51,027 bases of DNA from Pelomyxa schiedti (lineage: Eukaryota; Protista; Evosea): NCBI GenBank assembly GCA_020536535.1, contig JAHLWZ010000617.1, positions 1-51,027 of the forward strand, read 5' to 3'. Position 1 is the first letter of the stretch; each line of letters begins with the position of its first letter. The notes below the pieces were generated by a model. The model was given only the letters and a program-made list of their open reading frames with translations, was not told the origin of the DNA and made no database searches. Below are positions 37,401-49,608 of the stretch, in pieces. Both the position numbers and the translations under genes were made by a program.

Positions 37401-40400
37401 CACTCAGATGTTGTAGAGAAATCTCAGGACAGGTTCAGAACGGATCAATTCCCGAATCCATCTCCAACTTTGACTCGATAACGCTGCTGTATACTCCCTT
37501 TTTTATTAGTGGCAGTTTATCTCAAGGACAGTAGGGACCTGTCTCACAATGGACTCAGTGGTACAATCCCACAAGGACTTTTTTACCTCTTAAATCTTCG
37601 ATACTTGTAAGCCAAGATCTTGAATAAATCAGGAGTTACGCTTACCAAGTTCTAATAGAATCCTTGAAGATAACGATTTGGAAGGAACAATTTCTGATAC
37701 CATAACCCTTCTGACATTTCTTCTTCAAATGTGTATAGGAGCGAGCAAAGCGTACCTTTAACTCTTTCCTTAGGAATCTGGATAACAACAAATTGTATGG
37801 CACTATTCCACGAGGAATGAGGACTCTCACCCGCGTGATATCAATGTAACAGTTGAAAGCGATCACTCCATTAACACCAATCTTATACAGCTCACTGGCA
37901 AATAACGAGTTGACTGGTACTATTCCCAGTGAAATACTTTCCCTTAATTCTCCTCAACACACAAATAAAAAGGACCAAGCCAGAAATAACAACAACACCA
38001 AAGGCAGCACCAACGCCAATAATTATATCAAGTGGAAGAGGGCAATCGTCACGGAACCAGCTCATCACATCATACTTCTCGGCTCGGCATATCAAATCAC
38101 AATCTTCCCACTCTCCGTCATCATAGCATGTATCACCAATCCAGCAGTGACTCGGTGCCTCGGTATAAGGAAATGGAGGCTTAATGCAATCGCAAATTTC
38201 ATCCTTCCTCAGAGTTTGACAGCCACAAGTATTATTGGTACAATTCAGGCAGTTTTGAGATACAGAACTTGAGGGAGTGAATACGCTTTGGGCTGGGCTG
38301 GGAGTACCATTCAGTGTCAGGTAGAGAAGATATGAACAGCCCGTAGAGAGCAGAAAGTGATATTCAACTTTCCAAATTATGTCTCTATGATCAAGACTTG
38401 GACCTTTCCAATCTAAAGTTCTTGACTATGATTTGTAAGATTGCAACTTAAGTTTTTTTTAGGGGAGTAACAATGAGTGAATTTCCACTTGAGGTAAGTT
38501 TCCCCAGCTCTTGTTATCAACATTTAAGGCTTTTTTTACAGGTGGATCCAGAAGAAGAGGTCTCGTTTAATCTATCAGGACACCAAGCACCAGTTGGTAC
38601 TCCGATCACAGATCACATCAAGATAACCAACACGTCAAACCGTCCGGTAAAGTACAGATTGGCTGTCCCCAAGAGTTACAAGTACACGATGCAGTTTACA
38701 ACAATTGAAGATACTCTAGGAAGTGTATTTGCCACTGCGTTTACCACAAAATTAAATTAACCTCATCAAAGGATGCTGAAAGGGATATAGATATTTCATT
38801 GACTGTCCAATGTACCACAGTAGTTGAAACAGACATTTTGGTTATCGCAACTGAGTGTATGTGATACTCTTCCTTTGGGTTTGGGAAGAGGGAGGTACTT
38901 TCTTTTGACTGAAACGAAAAAGTAAAAACGAACCAAGAGGTCGCAACTGTCTTACCCTGAGATACCTGACTCTTACAGATTTTTATTGCTCTACGTATTA
39001 ATCTGGAATCGAAGTTATCTACTCGAATTGATCATGAGCAGCTTCAGGTTATTCTCTTCGTTACTTTATTTCTGACTGGTTGTTAGATGGATTCCTCTCC
39101 CATTGGGGAAGGCTCTTTTGGAATTGTGTATAAAGGTACCCATAATATTGTACATGCCTTCTCATACTATCTCATTTGTTTAATCATTCCTTCGAATAGG
39201 TCACTGGTAGTGTCCATCTTTTGTATTTAAATATCTTTAATACTCAATAAGGAGAGGTCAGGAAGTGGCTGTGAAAGTTGTCAAGAATCAGCAAGGTGCC
39301 AAAGCTACATCAGAGTTTGAGAACGAAGTTCAGATCATGGAATCCTTAAGATGCCCTCAGGTAGCAACGTTTTTAACTGAATATAGCATTAATGGTTATC
39401 TAGATAATCAATTTTGTTGGTGCAGTACATGCACCAGGGCATTTGGCACTCGTAACGGTACATCTTAATTTCGTCCTCCTGAATTACAGTAATTTCTAAC
39501 TTTTTTACTGTCAGGAGTTTATGCCATATGGTACTCTATCGTCATGTCTCAAAAAATACCCTTTTTCCACTATGCTGAGAATCAATTGCCTCCTAGATTG
39601 CTGTAGAGGTTTCTTCTTCTCTTTTTTAATCTCCTTTCAAATTTTCCCATCCAACAGGGATGGACTTTCTTCACCAATCAAGTAACTCACTTGAATTTTA
39701 CCGGAACCTTACATTTCTCTCCTTTTCCGATTCAAGATATTCTTCACAGAGATCTCAAAGCTGAAAACCTATTGGTACAGTTCCCAGTTCTGATTCTTGG
39801 TTTTACATCCCAAGGTCGCCACACTCGATGTGTCTGCATCAGTAAACTGCAAAATTACTGGTTATCCCATAAACCTTTCAGAGAAGAGTCGGCTGACAAG
39901 AAAAACAGATTTTGGTACCACAAGAGACATTGATGCAACAAGACTTGAACAACATTTTACCACTGGAATTGGTACACCCGCATATATGGCTCCGGTATAA
40001 TTCTTGAAATTCATTCTCGGTTTTTTACTGTTGTCAAGGAAATTTTGCAGAACGGACAGTACCAAACACCAGCAGATGTATATAGGTAAAGTTAATGCAT
40101 CTCATAGGGATGTGTTTATCCCCTTTAGTTTCGCCATTGTGGCCCATTTTGTTGTCACTGGGCAGGAGCCTTGGGCAAATGTTACATCACTTTGGAGTAA
40201 GACTCCCCATTTAAGGATTAGCTCTAATCCTCTATCCAGAAATCACAGAGGCTGTCATTGCAGGTGACCGATTACCTATGGACGGTATTGATGAAAGTTT
40301 TGCTGAAGTAATTACTACTTGCTGGCACCAGACTCCAGAGAAACGACCAAGTATGGCAATTACAGAACTTGTATTCATCAGAACTCAACACGCCAACAGG

Positions 40401-40470
40401 CTTTTCCGATTTGTGCCGCGCATTAGAAACTTTAAAGGAACATGTAAAAACTGCTAAAACGGATGAATGA
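34453..40470 (+). CDS. LRR receptor kinase (signal peptide, ~18+5 plant-type LRRs, Cys-rich repeats, TM, Ig/MSP-like domain, TKL kinase of Entamoeba TMK type), disrupted as assembled by an internal inversion
   Basis: One LxxNxLxGxIP repeat per ~72-nt exon; CDDSNSCTDDNC repeat; ESKLSTRID, IGEGSFGIVYKG, VAVK, HRDLKAENLL, NCKIT|DFG, GIGTPAYMAP|E. Confidence 0.92.
37939..38328 (-). other. Inverted 390-bp segment of the LRR receptor kinase (end of last LRR, an intron, Cys-rich stalk, TM helix)
   Basis: Minus strand reads SLPDTEC|SVSQNCLNC…DDCPLPLDIIIGVGAAFGVVVISGLVLFICVLRRIKG; TTC/GAA microhomology at the ends. Confidence 0.93.
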
Positions 40471-40570
40471 ACATCTCATAAAAGAAAATGTTTATATTCT
40501 TGGGAAACAACATAAAAGGAATTTGCCTATTTACTTTGACTTGGGTTCGTAACGGCATATTCTGTAGCCA

Positions 40571-41837
40571 TTAGGAAGAGTCAAGTGCGGCGGCAATTGT
40601 GTTGATCCAGGTATTTCCAGTGCGTTGAATGTCACTTGAGTATTGCCATCCCATAACTCCAGCAGACCACCCAAGCTCCTTCTTAGCCTGGGATACAAAT
40701 GATGAAAGGTCAGATGTTGACACCCATCCAGTGTTGGATGCATCTGATGACGTAACTGGTTTCCCAACAACGAGTTTGTTGAGGCCTGCATTGGAGCACC
40801 TCTTGGATATTTCAAGCACTGAGGTTTGCAGTGCCCAGCCATCAGAGGCAACAAATAGGGTGTTGTACTTGTCATAGGCTGATGTGCCTTGGTTGTAGAA
40901 TTGGATGTTGTACCAGTTTATGGAAGCTCCAACTGAATTGGAAACTGTTATGTATCCACCCTTTGGGTAGGTGGGAGTGCCCATGAAGTATGGTGCTTGT
41001 GGTGCGTGTGTAATGATTTTGCTAATAGAATCCCGTCAGTACAATATGTTTATTAAATGCTAGGAAAAGAGAGGTTACTTTGCAGGTAATAGAGAGCGCA
41101 ATGTCTGTGTGCACTGTATCACCCAGTCTTCTCCCTTGCCTTGATTCATTGCGTCATTGTCCTAACACAGAAAAGTGGTAGATGAAAAAATCACAATGCA
41201 AAGGAATAAACATAAAAAGTACCTCGTAGTCCAGGTCCACGCCATCAGCGTTGGTGTCAATAATGAACTGGGCCAAATTAGTTGCCACAGTGACGGCATT
41301 TGTACCCTCGGAAGTAGGGAAATCAGTGGCACCAAAAGCAGATACAATCAGGCTGATATTTGCAGAGTGGTATAACTCCAACCATGCAGCTCTTACCTCT
41401 TCATCAGTCTGTCCCCAGGGATTATCTTTTCAAAGATGCACCCACATTAACAAAAAAAAAAAAAAAAAAACAGGCTGCACTTCCCCGGGCCCACAACAAA
41501 TTAAATTTAGAAATTTTCATTGCTAGTACTTGTTTGTGTGTCGTGTACCCGTAGAAACGTAGTTTATGGGATGGGCCCAGACCATCGCGGCGTCCACTGG
41601 GCCGGCGTTGCTGGTCCAGAACGCCAGGTTGATCACGTTGTACGCCGACGCCGGCGCGTACGTGGGCACGCCCATAGACGCAGCGATGGCCGTTGGCGGC
41701 CACCACGAAGTCAGCGAGTCGATGTACGTCACGTACTTGCTGTTGCTGCTGGCCTGGGCTCGCGTGGCACTCATCAGTAGTGTTGTTACTACGAGTGGTA
41801 GGCACGAAGTGATGGAGTAGGAGTAATGGGTCCTCAT
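40571..41837 (-). CDS. Secreted GH18 chitinase, copy 1
   Basis: Signal peptide; IVSAFGA, ADGVDLDYE|D (DxxDxDxE), ITHAPQAPYF, WYNIQFYNQ, GVMGWQY. Confidence 0.93.
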
Positions 41838-42219
41838 TGTTGGAGGAGGGAGACGAGGCCGTTTCGGTTGGGACTGGTTTGGATTTTGTTTCGTTGATTT
41901 CTTGCTTTATTTAAAATGTCGGTTATTTATGTTCAAGGGTGTTTGTTTATAAACTGTCGTGACCGTCGAAGTGGGCTTGGGCGTCTGCCTCGTCTATGAG
42001 TCTGTTGCACTGCCGACATAAAATGCCTTGTGATGGTCGTGATATAGATGTGGTGCTTGAGGAGTGTCTTCGGGTGGGTGTTGGGTGTCGTTTGTTGTGT
42101 GTGCAGACAGTGGCGTGAATATCCACAGATGTTATTGCTACTGATTGGCCACATTCCGGACATATGTACTCGTCGTCGTCTCTATGGAAAATGTTAAGTT
42201 GAAATACGTGGGAGCCAAC

Positions 42220-44171
42220 TCATACATGACTATAGGATCGGGTTGATGCTTTGGTGACCGTTGTGCCGTAGCTCTTTTTAAAGGAAGCATGTAGTGTGGA
42301 GGTGTCTGTGGAGATAGCATGGGCTTGGAAATGTTGGCCCGTTATCAAAAAAGAGATGACGAGATAGCTTACAAAGTCCAGTGGGGGAAAGTGGTCTTGT
42401 AGAGTCATTGAAGGCCTTCCTGGACTCGGACTAGGACTTGGGACTTTGCATACATGCTTGGACAGCTCTGTGTAATCATCACACAAAAATCTCCCTTAAC
42501 CCTATTTACCCCTGATGATTACCAGCTTGTTACATTTTGGGCACCTTTCTGACCTTGAGCCGCAGTAATCTTTATGCTCAGCAATATCTTTTTGTTGAAC
42601 CTTCGCAATATATGAGATAGCGTGGGATAGACAAACGACACCACTTGAATTTTGCAGAAAGGGCATCCAATCAGCCGGTGAGTACATTCATCAAGTTCGT
42701 GTGAGGGTAAAAAGTATTTATCCAAGACCTCCCCACATTTACATGTGACCTAATGAAGATATTGAGTGAAACGACTCATTTGGAGGGATCTGAGAAACCG
42801 GCCCATGAAACGACTCCATGTGTTCTTTTTCTTGTGCTCGGAGAATTTTGCATCCACACATGGAACAAATTCTGTTCAGCCTTTCGCAACGAATTTGGTG
42901 TAGAGGATATTGAGCTTTGGGGATGCTATTCTTGCTGTTTAGGCGTGTTATTATCAATGATACCTGATTTGGAATTACCAGTTGGAGCAAATGACGGATT
43001 CTTGGTCAGCACTGGGTCCTGATGGTGTATGCCCTTCTCCCATGAAAGCTACGAATTTTTTCTCATTTGAAATAGTACTAGTGGGTGATTCAGATGTTTC
43101 GTCAACCACACTTGGCTGTGAGTCTAAAGTAAATTTAAAAAGGTTTAACAATTGTCCATACCAGAAGTGGAAGTAGTAGTACTGCACTCCATGTTTGAAT
43201 CGGGAGGAGGAGTTGGAATTTGAGTTGGGAGTGAGGTGTCTGTCTTAGTACAGTTTTCAACTCCGGCCATAGGTGCAAAATCGGTGTCAATATCAACATT
43301 GATTATGCTCACACGCTCGGAAGGCTTCAGGCAGTCTACAACGATACCAATTTTTTCGCCTGAAGGGACCGGCATGAACAAGGTGGTTCCGTTCGTTAGT
43401 GTACTGAACTTTCTGAGAAAAGACTCAAGCCTGGTATTTATCAGTGACACGGAACTAGAAGTATTACTAACTAACTCGGCTTTTGGATCTTGGAGTGTGT
43501 AGAAGGACTTGTCAACTGGTCTGAAGCGAACAAAAGACCCTTTAGGAAGCGTTACTTGCCGTAGTGAAATAAATCCGCCCTCGATTACACCCAAGTATTC
43601 CATCAACTTAACACATGAGCATAGGAAGGAGAAGAAATATGGAGTACCCAGTAGGGCAAGCAAACTTGTTCTTTTTCGGCAGTAAATTCTGAAACACTAC
43701 ATGCAGCACGCAAAGTGGTAACAGGATTCGAGATGTCGAATATTACTGCAGAGTTTGACAGAGTGTGCTCTAAAGGGAGTCAGAGAGCTGCATTAAGTTT
43801 AGAAATGAAACGTACGTAGGCGTGCAAGAGCCTCCGGTGGCATTAGGACTGTAGGGGGCAGTAAGTTCTAAGTGTCCAGAGTTACGCACAATGAGTTACA
43901 AACTTTTGTCGGACGCCTCCAGATCCTGTCTATTGGCCACAGCGAGACTATACGCTCTAAATAGCCATCCTGTTTGTCATGCATGTAACCAAGTGAGACA
44001 GGGGGATTGTGCATCCAATGAAGCGAGCAATAGCAATAGCAATAGCAAGAGCAAAAGCAAAAACCAAGCAACAACAAACGCCAACCAACCATCTCCCCCA
44101 GGAAAACGACGATTTGCTGCTGTCGGTACCGCCGGTCGTGCCCGATCCGCCCAAGTCCCACCACCGCTCAT
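42220..44171 (-). CDS. UFD1-domain protein with SHP box and TRAF-type zinc fingers
   Basis: VLMPPEAL, VSEFTA, LPYW|LMEYL, LPKGSFVRFRP, DPKAE|LESFLRKFSTLT, SIINVDIDTDFAP; FMGEGH; C-x2-C…H-x3-C repeats (EHKDYCGSRSERCPKC). Confidence 0.88.
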
Positions 44172-44266
44172 CTTGTCTTGCTCTTCTCCCCTTGCTTGTC
44201 TACGTTTAATAATAAACAGATTGATATGTGATGATCAATTCTCCTCGTTTTTTTTTTGACTGACAA

Positions 44267-45990
44267 TTACCACTCGTTGCCAATTCGACTAATTGGTGGT
44301 AAATATTTCTTTTCCCCACGCAGCGTGAGCACGAAAATCTCGATGATGACGGCAAATCTCATAACAGTGAGTAGTCTAGCATGCCTCTGAATGCTCCTGC
44401 ATTTCTTGACAACCTTTTTTTGTTTTTTGTGTTTGTCCTCAAGCTTGTCATATTCTGACCGGAGCATATTATGTTTTGCATCCAGTTCGTTGTGTTCTGA
44501 CTGGAGTCTGTTGTGTGCTGACTGGAGCATGATAAGTTTTGACTGGAGTTCGTAGTGTTCTGATAGAAGTCCGTAGTATTTTGAGTGGAGCGTGTAGTAT
44601 TCTGATTCAAGGTTGTGTTTGGAGTTCAGAACTATGGCTGAGATTTCGGTTTCAAGAGTGCTGTTTTGGATTTTAACTCGGCACTCATATCCCTGAGCTC
44701 CGACTTGAAGTCATGGAGTTTGGTCAATGTGTTCCCAAGGTCCTCCGTGGTTCTTCTAAGGTCCCTTTGAAGTTCTCGATTTACGAGTTCACTGCTTTCG
44801 TGTCTGTTGCATGTTCCAGGTATATTTTGTCGTTTTCGTAGTCTGAACTTAGTTCTGTCTGATCAGGGATGATTGAATCTGTAATTCCAGAGAGGGGGAT
44901 ACAAACCGCCCCATTGCCGCCATTTCAGTCAACCAGGGTGGGCTACACGCAGCATAAGTTTCCCAACTGTTATTGTGTACCGCAGCACCACTGCATGGCC
45001 GCGTCCTCAGGACCAAACGCAAGGCACAGATGGGATTTCGAGGGGATACCTTCATCCTATCCAGCATGTTGGATTGTAATTGGATGAACTCTAGCTCCAG
45101 CAGTGATTTGGCTTCTTCGTTGATGAACTCTTCATGAATGTAGGCTATTTCACATATAATTGTTGGTCAGTGTTCAGGGGACAGAGTAAATCTTGGCTTT
45201 CCTTGTCATCTGGGAGAAACATATGCAAGCTATTTTGAGACGAACACTGCTCAAGAAACGCGTTTGCTTGTGCTGTGCTCGGGAATTTTCCCACGTAATC
45301 CCTCTCACAGGTTTTTAGCCTTATCCAGCCAGGGGTGATTATGGTCAATAGTGGCAAAGACAGAAGTAATTTTAGCTTACGTGACAAAGCTTCTGGAAAT
45401 ATCGAAAGCAAGTTTGTGACTGTGAGTCCATTCTAAATCTCTCGGAAAGGTCAGTGAAAAATAAAGCACAGGGATTGCAGGTCACACGCCATATCAGTAA
45501 GTAGACCCAGGTGCTGGAATATATTGATGCGAATTGGGCGTTCCCTCGGAATGCTGTAGAATGCTGAATTACATTTGCAGACGAGGCCACGGTTGCAGTT
45601 GTGGTGTTCACAACAGTCTCGGATAGGTCAACATCCACTATTTTGACTGGACAAGTACCATCCAGTGGCACAATTATGTGCCTGGGCTTGAGGTCCAGTA
45701 TCAACACTCCAGCGCAATTCAATGCCCACACTGCCTTGATGACCCTTGCCACGCCCCCTGGGTCGTCCATGTGGGCATTGTTAAGGTATGAAGCCCCCAC
45801 GTCTTGCACAAGAAATACTTTCTGGGCATCCTCCCCACAGAAGAGGCCAGTGGTGGTGGAACTGAGGAATCTTCCAACCACCACGCACGGGGAAACATGC
45901 TTGGCAGCTTCAGCAGACGAAAGAGCCACTTTGTCCGCATTGATCTCTGGTTGTGATGGTGGTAGTGATAGTGATAGTGATGGTGTAGGC
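44267..45990 (-). CDS. Divergent (CK1-like) kinase/pseudokinase + heptad coiled coil + hydrophobic tail; 5' end apparently disrupted
   Basis: VLILDLKPRHII, KIVDVDLS, FRGNAQFAS; degenerate 21-nt repeats ~44440-44610; in-frame stops upstream of ~45995. Confidence 0.55.
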
Positions 45991-46376
45991 GGCGACTACG
46001 GCGGCGCAGTATATGTCGAGTCTACGGTTTTTGTTGCACCTCACAAGTTGCTGGAAGAATCACCAGACGCCGGCCCTCAGGACGTACGCGATGGCGGCTA
46101 TTAATATCACCAGACGCAGCGTGTCAAATGGTTCAACTTTGACATTCGTACCAAAGCGTTCTTCTAAAGTGTCACCCTTGCGAATTGGACCTTAGGTCAA
46201 ACAGAACCTTTTCGACAAGGAACGCCCTGGTGCTCCATGTAATGTTTTGTAGTGAGGACAATGCCAAAATCTGTGAATCGCACAAAAAAAGGCGAAAATG
46301 ATCAATCAGATTCGAACAAGATTTGGTGCTGTGAAGGACTCCCCAGAGTGTGAATCGTGCACAGCCACAAGTTTAA

Positions 46377-47847
46377 TTAATAGGTACTGAGTGGTTGGGG
46401 TACTATGGTAACTGGGTACTTGACAAGGAACTCCTCAATTTCTCTGGTGGAAGATGGTATTCCTTTTCTGACCCCAACTTTGGTTCCTTCCATCGTTGCC
46501 ATGGCTACTCCATACTTGGCAGCTACCTGTGAATTGTAGGTTAGTTGCATTTGAAGAGGTAGGCATGTTCTCTATTTGGTGTTGTACCTCTGGCCCAAGG
46601 TCATTGATTAGACAATAAAACAGTCCACACATTGCGGCATCACCGGAGCCTGTTGGGTCGGTAATAACCACACCAGGAGCCGATGTGGAGATAACTACAT
46701 CATGTACACTGTCCACAAGCACGGACCCGGAAGCCTGAAGGTCGTAAATTGTAGATCAGGAACAAATATTGAAAGAGTACCTTTTCACCACAGCCAGTCA
46801 GTATTTGAATGATCCGGACTCCCCATTTTAATAGCTCCTTGATGCCGGCTTTGACAGTGGGTTTATCAGTAAGACCTGCAAGTTCCTCTTGGTTCATTGA
46901 TGCGATAAAGGACTTTTTCATAAGCAATATAGCTTGATCTCTGCAGTTTTGGATGATGGAAAGAGATGGTGAACCACAAATGACAACTCCAGCATCTGCA
47001 CAGATATTGCAGCAGTACTCAATAGCAGCTATCCCTTCAGGGCTGGTCAGGGAAGTCCAAACAAAGTACTTTGCCCTTTTCAGCACCGCGGCCTGCATGC
47101 TTAGGGTTAAATAAGAAAACAAAGGTCTTGATTTTCAGAGCACCTGGCAATACCGTTCTTCATACAAGTTACTTGCACCCTTGAACCCCATGATGGACTT
47201 CTCTCTACCCCATGGCGTTTTTAATATCACTGAAACTCCAGTTGGGGAGTCAAAAATATGCAGCCCATCAGTATTTATTTTCCACTTTGTGAATTCAGCA
47301 ACACATTCTTTTTTTTTATGTATGGGCTTTGTAAGCAAAAAGTAAACCAATCTTCTAAGCAAGAGCTCCTACCTTTGCCTGGTTGGTCATCGCCAATTCC
47401 ACCAAAGAAGGCAGTCTTCAATCCCATAATGGCCAAGTCAACAGTGATATTTGCTGCTGACCCACCAGGGAAGAAAGACACATTTTGTACATTTAACTGG
47501 AATTCCATCAGTTCGTGAATAGTATAGAAAAGAAAACGGGCGGGGACGGGGAAAAAAAAAAAACCCAACAGGCGATAAAAATCTGTTCTCACCTTAGTGC
47601 TGACTTCAATAGCCAAGTATTTTTTTTCTGTACCCAGCCTGTCAACCATCTCCAGCCTCATCATGTCGTCAATATCAAAAATCTGGTCGACACAAACACT
47701 CCCGATGGCCACAACGTGCAGTGGCCCGTCGTCACTCGCAATTGTGGGACAGCTCGCCGCTGCCGCCGTCCCTGTTGTCTCTGGAGGCGTCCCTCTTGCA
47801 GTCGAAGTCGATGCCGATGCAGACGTAGATGTGGGTGTTGCGTCCAT
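46377..47847 (-). CDS. PfkB/ribokinase-family carbohydrate or nucleoside kinase
   Basis: VVAIGSVCVD, PGGSAANI..DLA.MG, GGIGDD..G, PTGVSVIL, MNQEEL, DPTGSGDA. Confidence 0.93.
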
Positions 47848-47928
47848 CTGGCACGACTTGGTTCGTGTGATGAGATGAAAAGGAGGTTAGCAGAAAGTTT
47901 GGTACGGGAGTACCACCGGAAAGTGATT

Positions 47929-48019
47929 TGGCTGAATAAAAAAAACACCAGACCGCCGATCCTGAGCGACGATAACGAAAATGACAGCGTTCCGGTCCGT
48001 TGATTATTTTATTCCGCCA
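47929..48019. mobile_element. MITE-like foldback element family A, copy 2 (91 bp)
   Basis: TGGCTGAATAAAA…TTTTATTCCGCCA; shares accagaccgccgatcctg and ttccggtccgttgattattttatt with copy 1; flanks TT/TT. Confidence 0.65.
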
Positions 48020-48549
48020 TTTGTCGACATTGGACGGAGACCGATACGACGACGAGCAACACCAGCAGATGGAGCGGGAGCGTTGCTTATCTCAGGCGGC
48101 GGCTGGTGGAGCCGTTATGAGACAGCTGCAGCAGGGTCGAACGTTCGAGCGTGGCCGACCACATGGCCGATGTTATTTTTACGGCATTATTGGAAAGGAT
48201 GCCCAGGACGCTTTCGAGGCAATGTCTTATCAAGCCAAGGCTGATTCTTCAAAGGTGGATTGCCCACACCACCTACTGGAACAGTGAAGGTTAGATTGTT
48301 CTCCTCCTTTTTTTTTCGTAACTGAACATAATGCCCTCAGTAGATATTGGTACTGGCCTGTTACATAAGCTGTTGTTTCAGGTTCGAATCTCGAACAGAT
48401 TATCGTGTCACTAAATGGCCTCCTTTTCTCTGCATCTTAAAATAGACCTACCTTGCACAAGACGAAGAACCCATGCCACCACAGCAGTGTTACACATCCC
48501 AACACTCAACTTGCCAAATTTACTGGAGGATTCATTCCTGTTATACAAA

Positions 48550-49475
48550 ATGGGGACAGGACTATCTCAAGAAGATACAGTTAGGTTTGAGCTTCCTGCT
48601 TAAATCGAAATCGTTATTACGAACGATAGAAACCTTCACATAGAGAAGAACAAGCAGTTGAGCGTGGCGACATGCCCGAGTTGCCGTCACCCACGTGGGA
48701 CATCAACACCCCCATCGAGGGCGGTGACTGGACCATGCTTCACATTGCATGCTCGTCCGGGCACGTGTCGCTTGTTGTGCAGCTCCTTGGTGTAGGTGCA
48801 TCACGCAGCCCCCCAATCGACCCAAACAAAACCAACTTTTGTGGCGAGACGCCACTGCTGTGGGCTGCTTTCCGCGGCCACGAGGCAGTGGTGAGGGTGT
48901 TGGTGGCAAGATCCGATGTGGATGTGGCTAAGGGGTGCCCACTGATCGCGGCGTGTCGCCATGGGCACCTGGGTGTGGTTATGGCATTGCTTGAGTGCCC
49001 ACGTGTCGACGTCAACTTGGTGGAAAAAAGAAGAGGATACCAGGACGAAGGTCAAACAGCACTGCACGTGGCTTGTCAACGGAGATCTGTTAAATTGGTG
49101 AAGGTTCTGCTCCAAGTCAATGGAATTGACACAAACCGCGAAAACATCGGGGGTGAAACACCACTTGAAGTGGCAACAAAAGTGTGCTGCACTGAAATTC
49201 GTAATCTCTTGAATGATCACAACTCGAGAATTTTGCAGTCCTCAAAGCCCACCTCACCACCACAACCACAACCGCAACCGCAACCGCAACCACCACCCAC
49301 AGCAATAACCACGGCAGAAACGGCCTCAACCACCATCACGACCAGTAACGTGCTGTCCAGATCTCTTGAAGAAGGTGGTGGCATCATCAGCAGCAGAAAC
49401 ATTGTTGGAAAACAAGAAAAAAACCTGGAAATCACTGGAAAACAGCATCAGAGTAACACTTCAAATCAAATTTAG
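48550..49475 (+). CDS. Ankyrin-repeat protein with N-myristoylation-type start
   Basis: MGTGLS exon spliced in frame to TMLHIAC, GETPLLWAAFRGH, PLIAACRHGH, GQTALHVAC, GETPL; (PQ)n tail. Confidence 0.9.
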
Positions 49476-49608
49476 CGTTGTGCACACACCCACCACTCAC
49501 GCTTTGTGNNNNNNNNNNNNNNNNNNNNNNNNNNNNNNNNNNNNNNNNNNNNNNNNNNNNNNNNNNNNNNNNNNNNNNNNNNNNNNNNNNNNNNNNNNNN
49601 NNNNNNNN

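Noticed and set aside
48000-48287. Small + strand ORF next to element A copy 2
   Set aside because: No motifs and no transposase features; cannot be supported.
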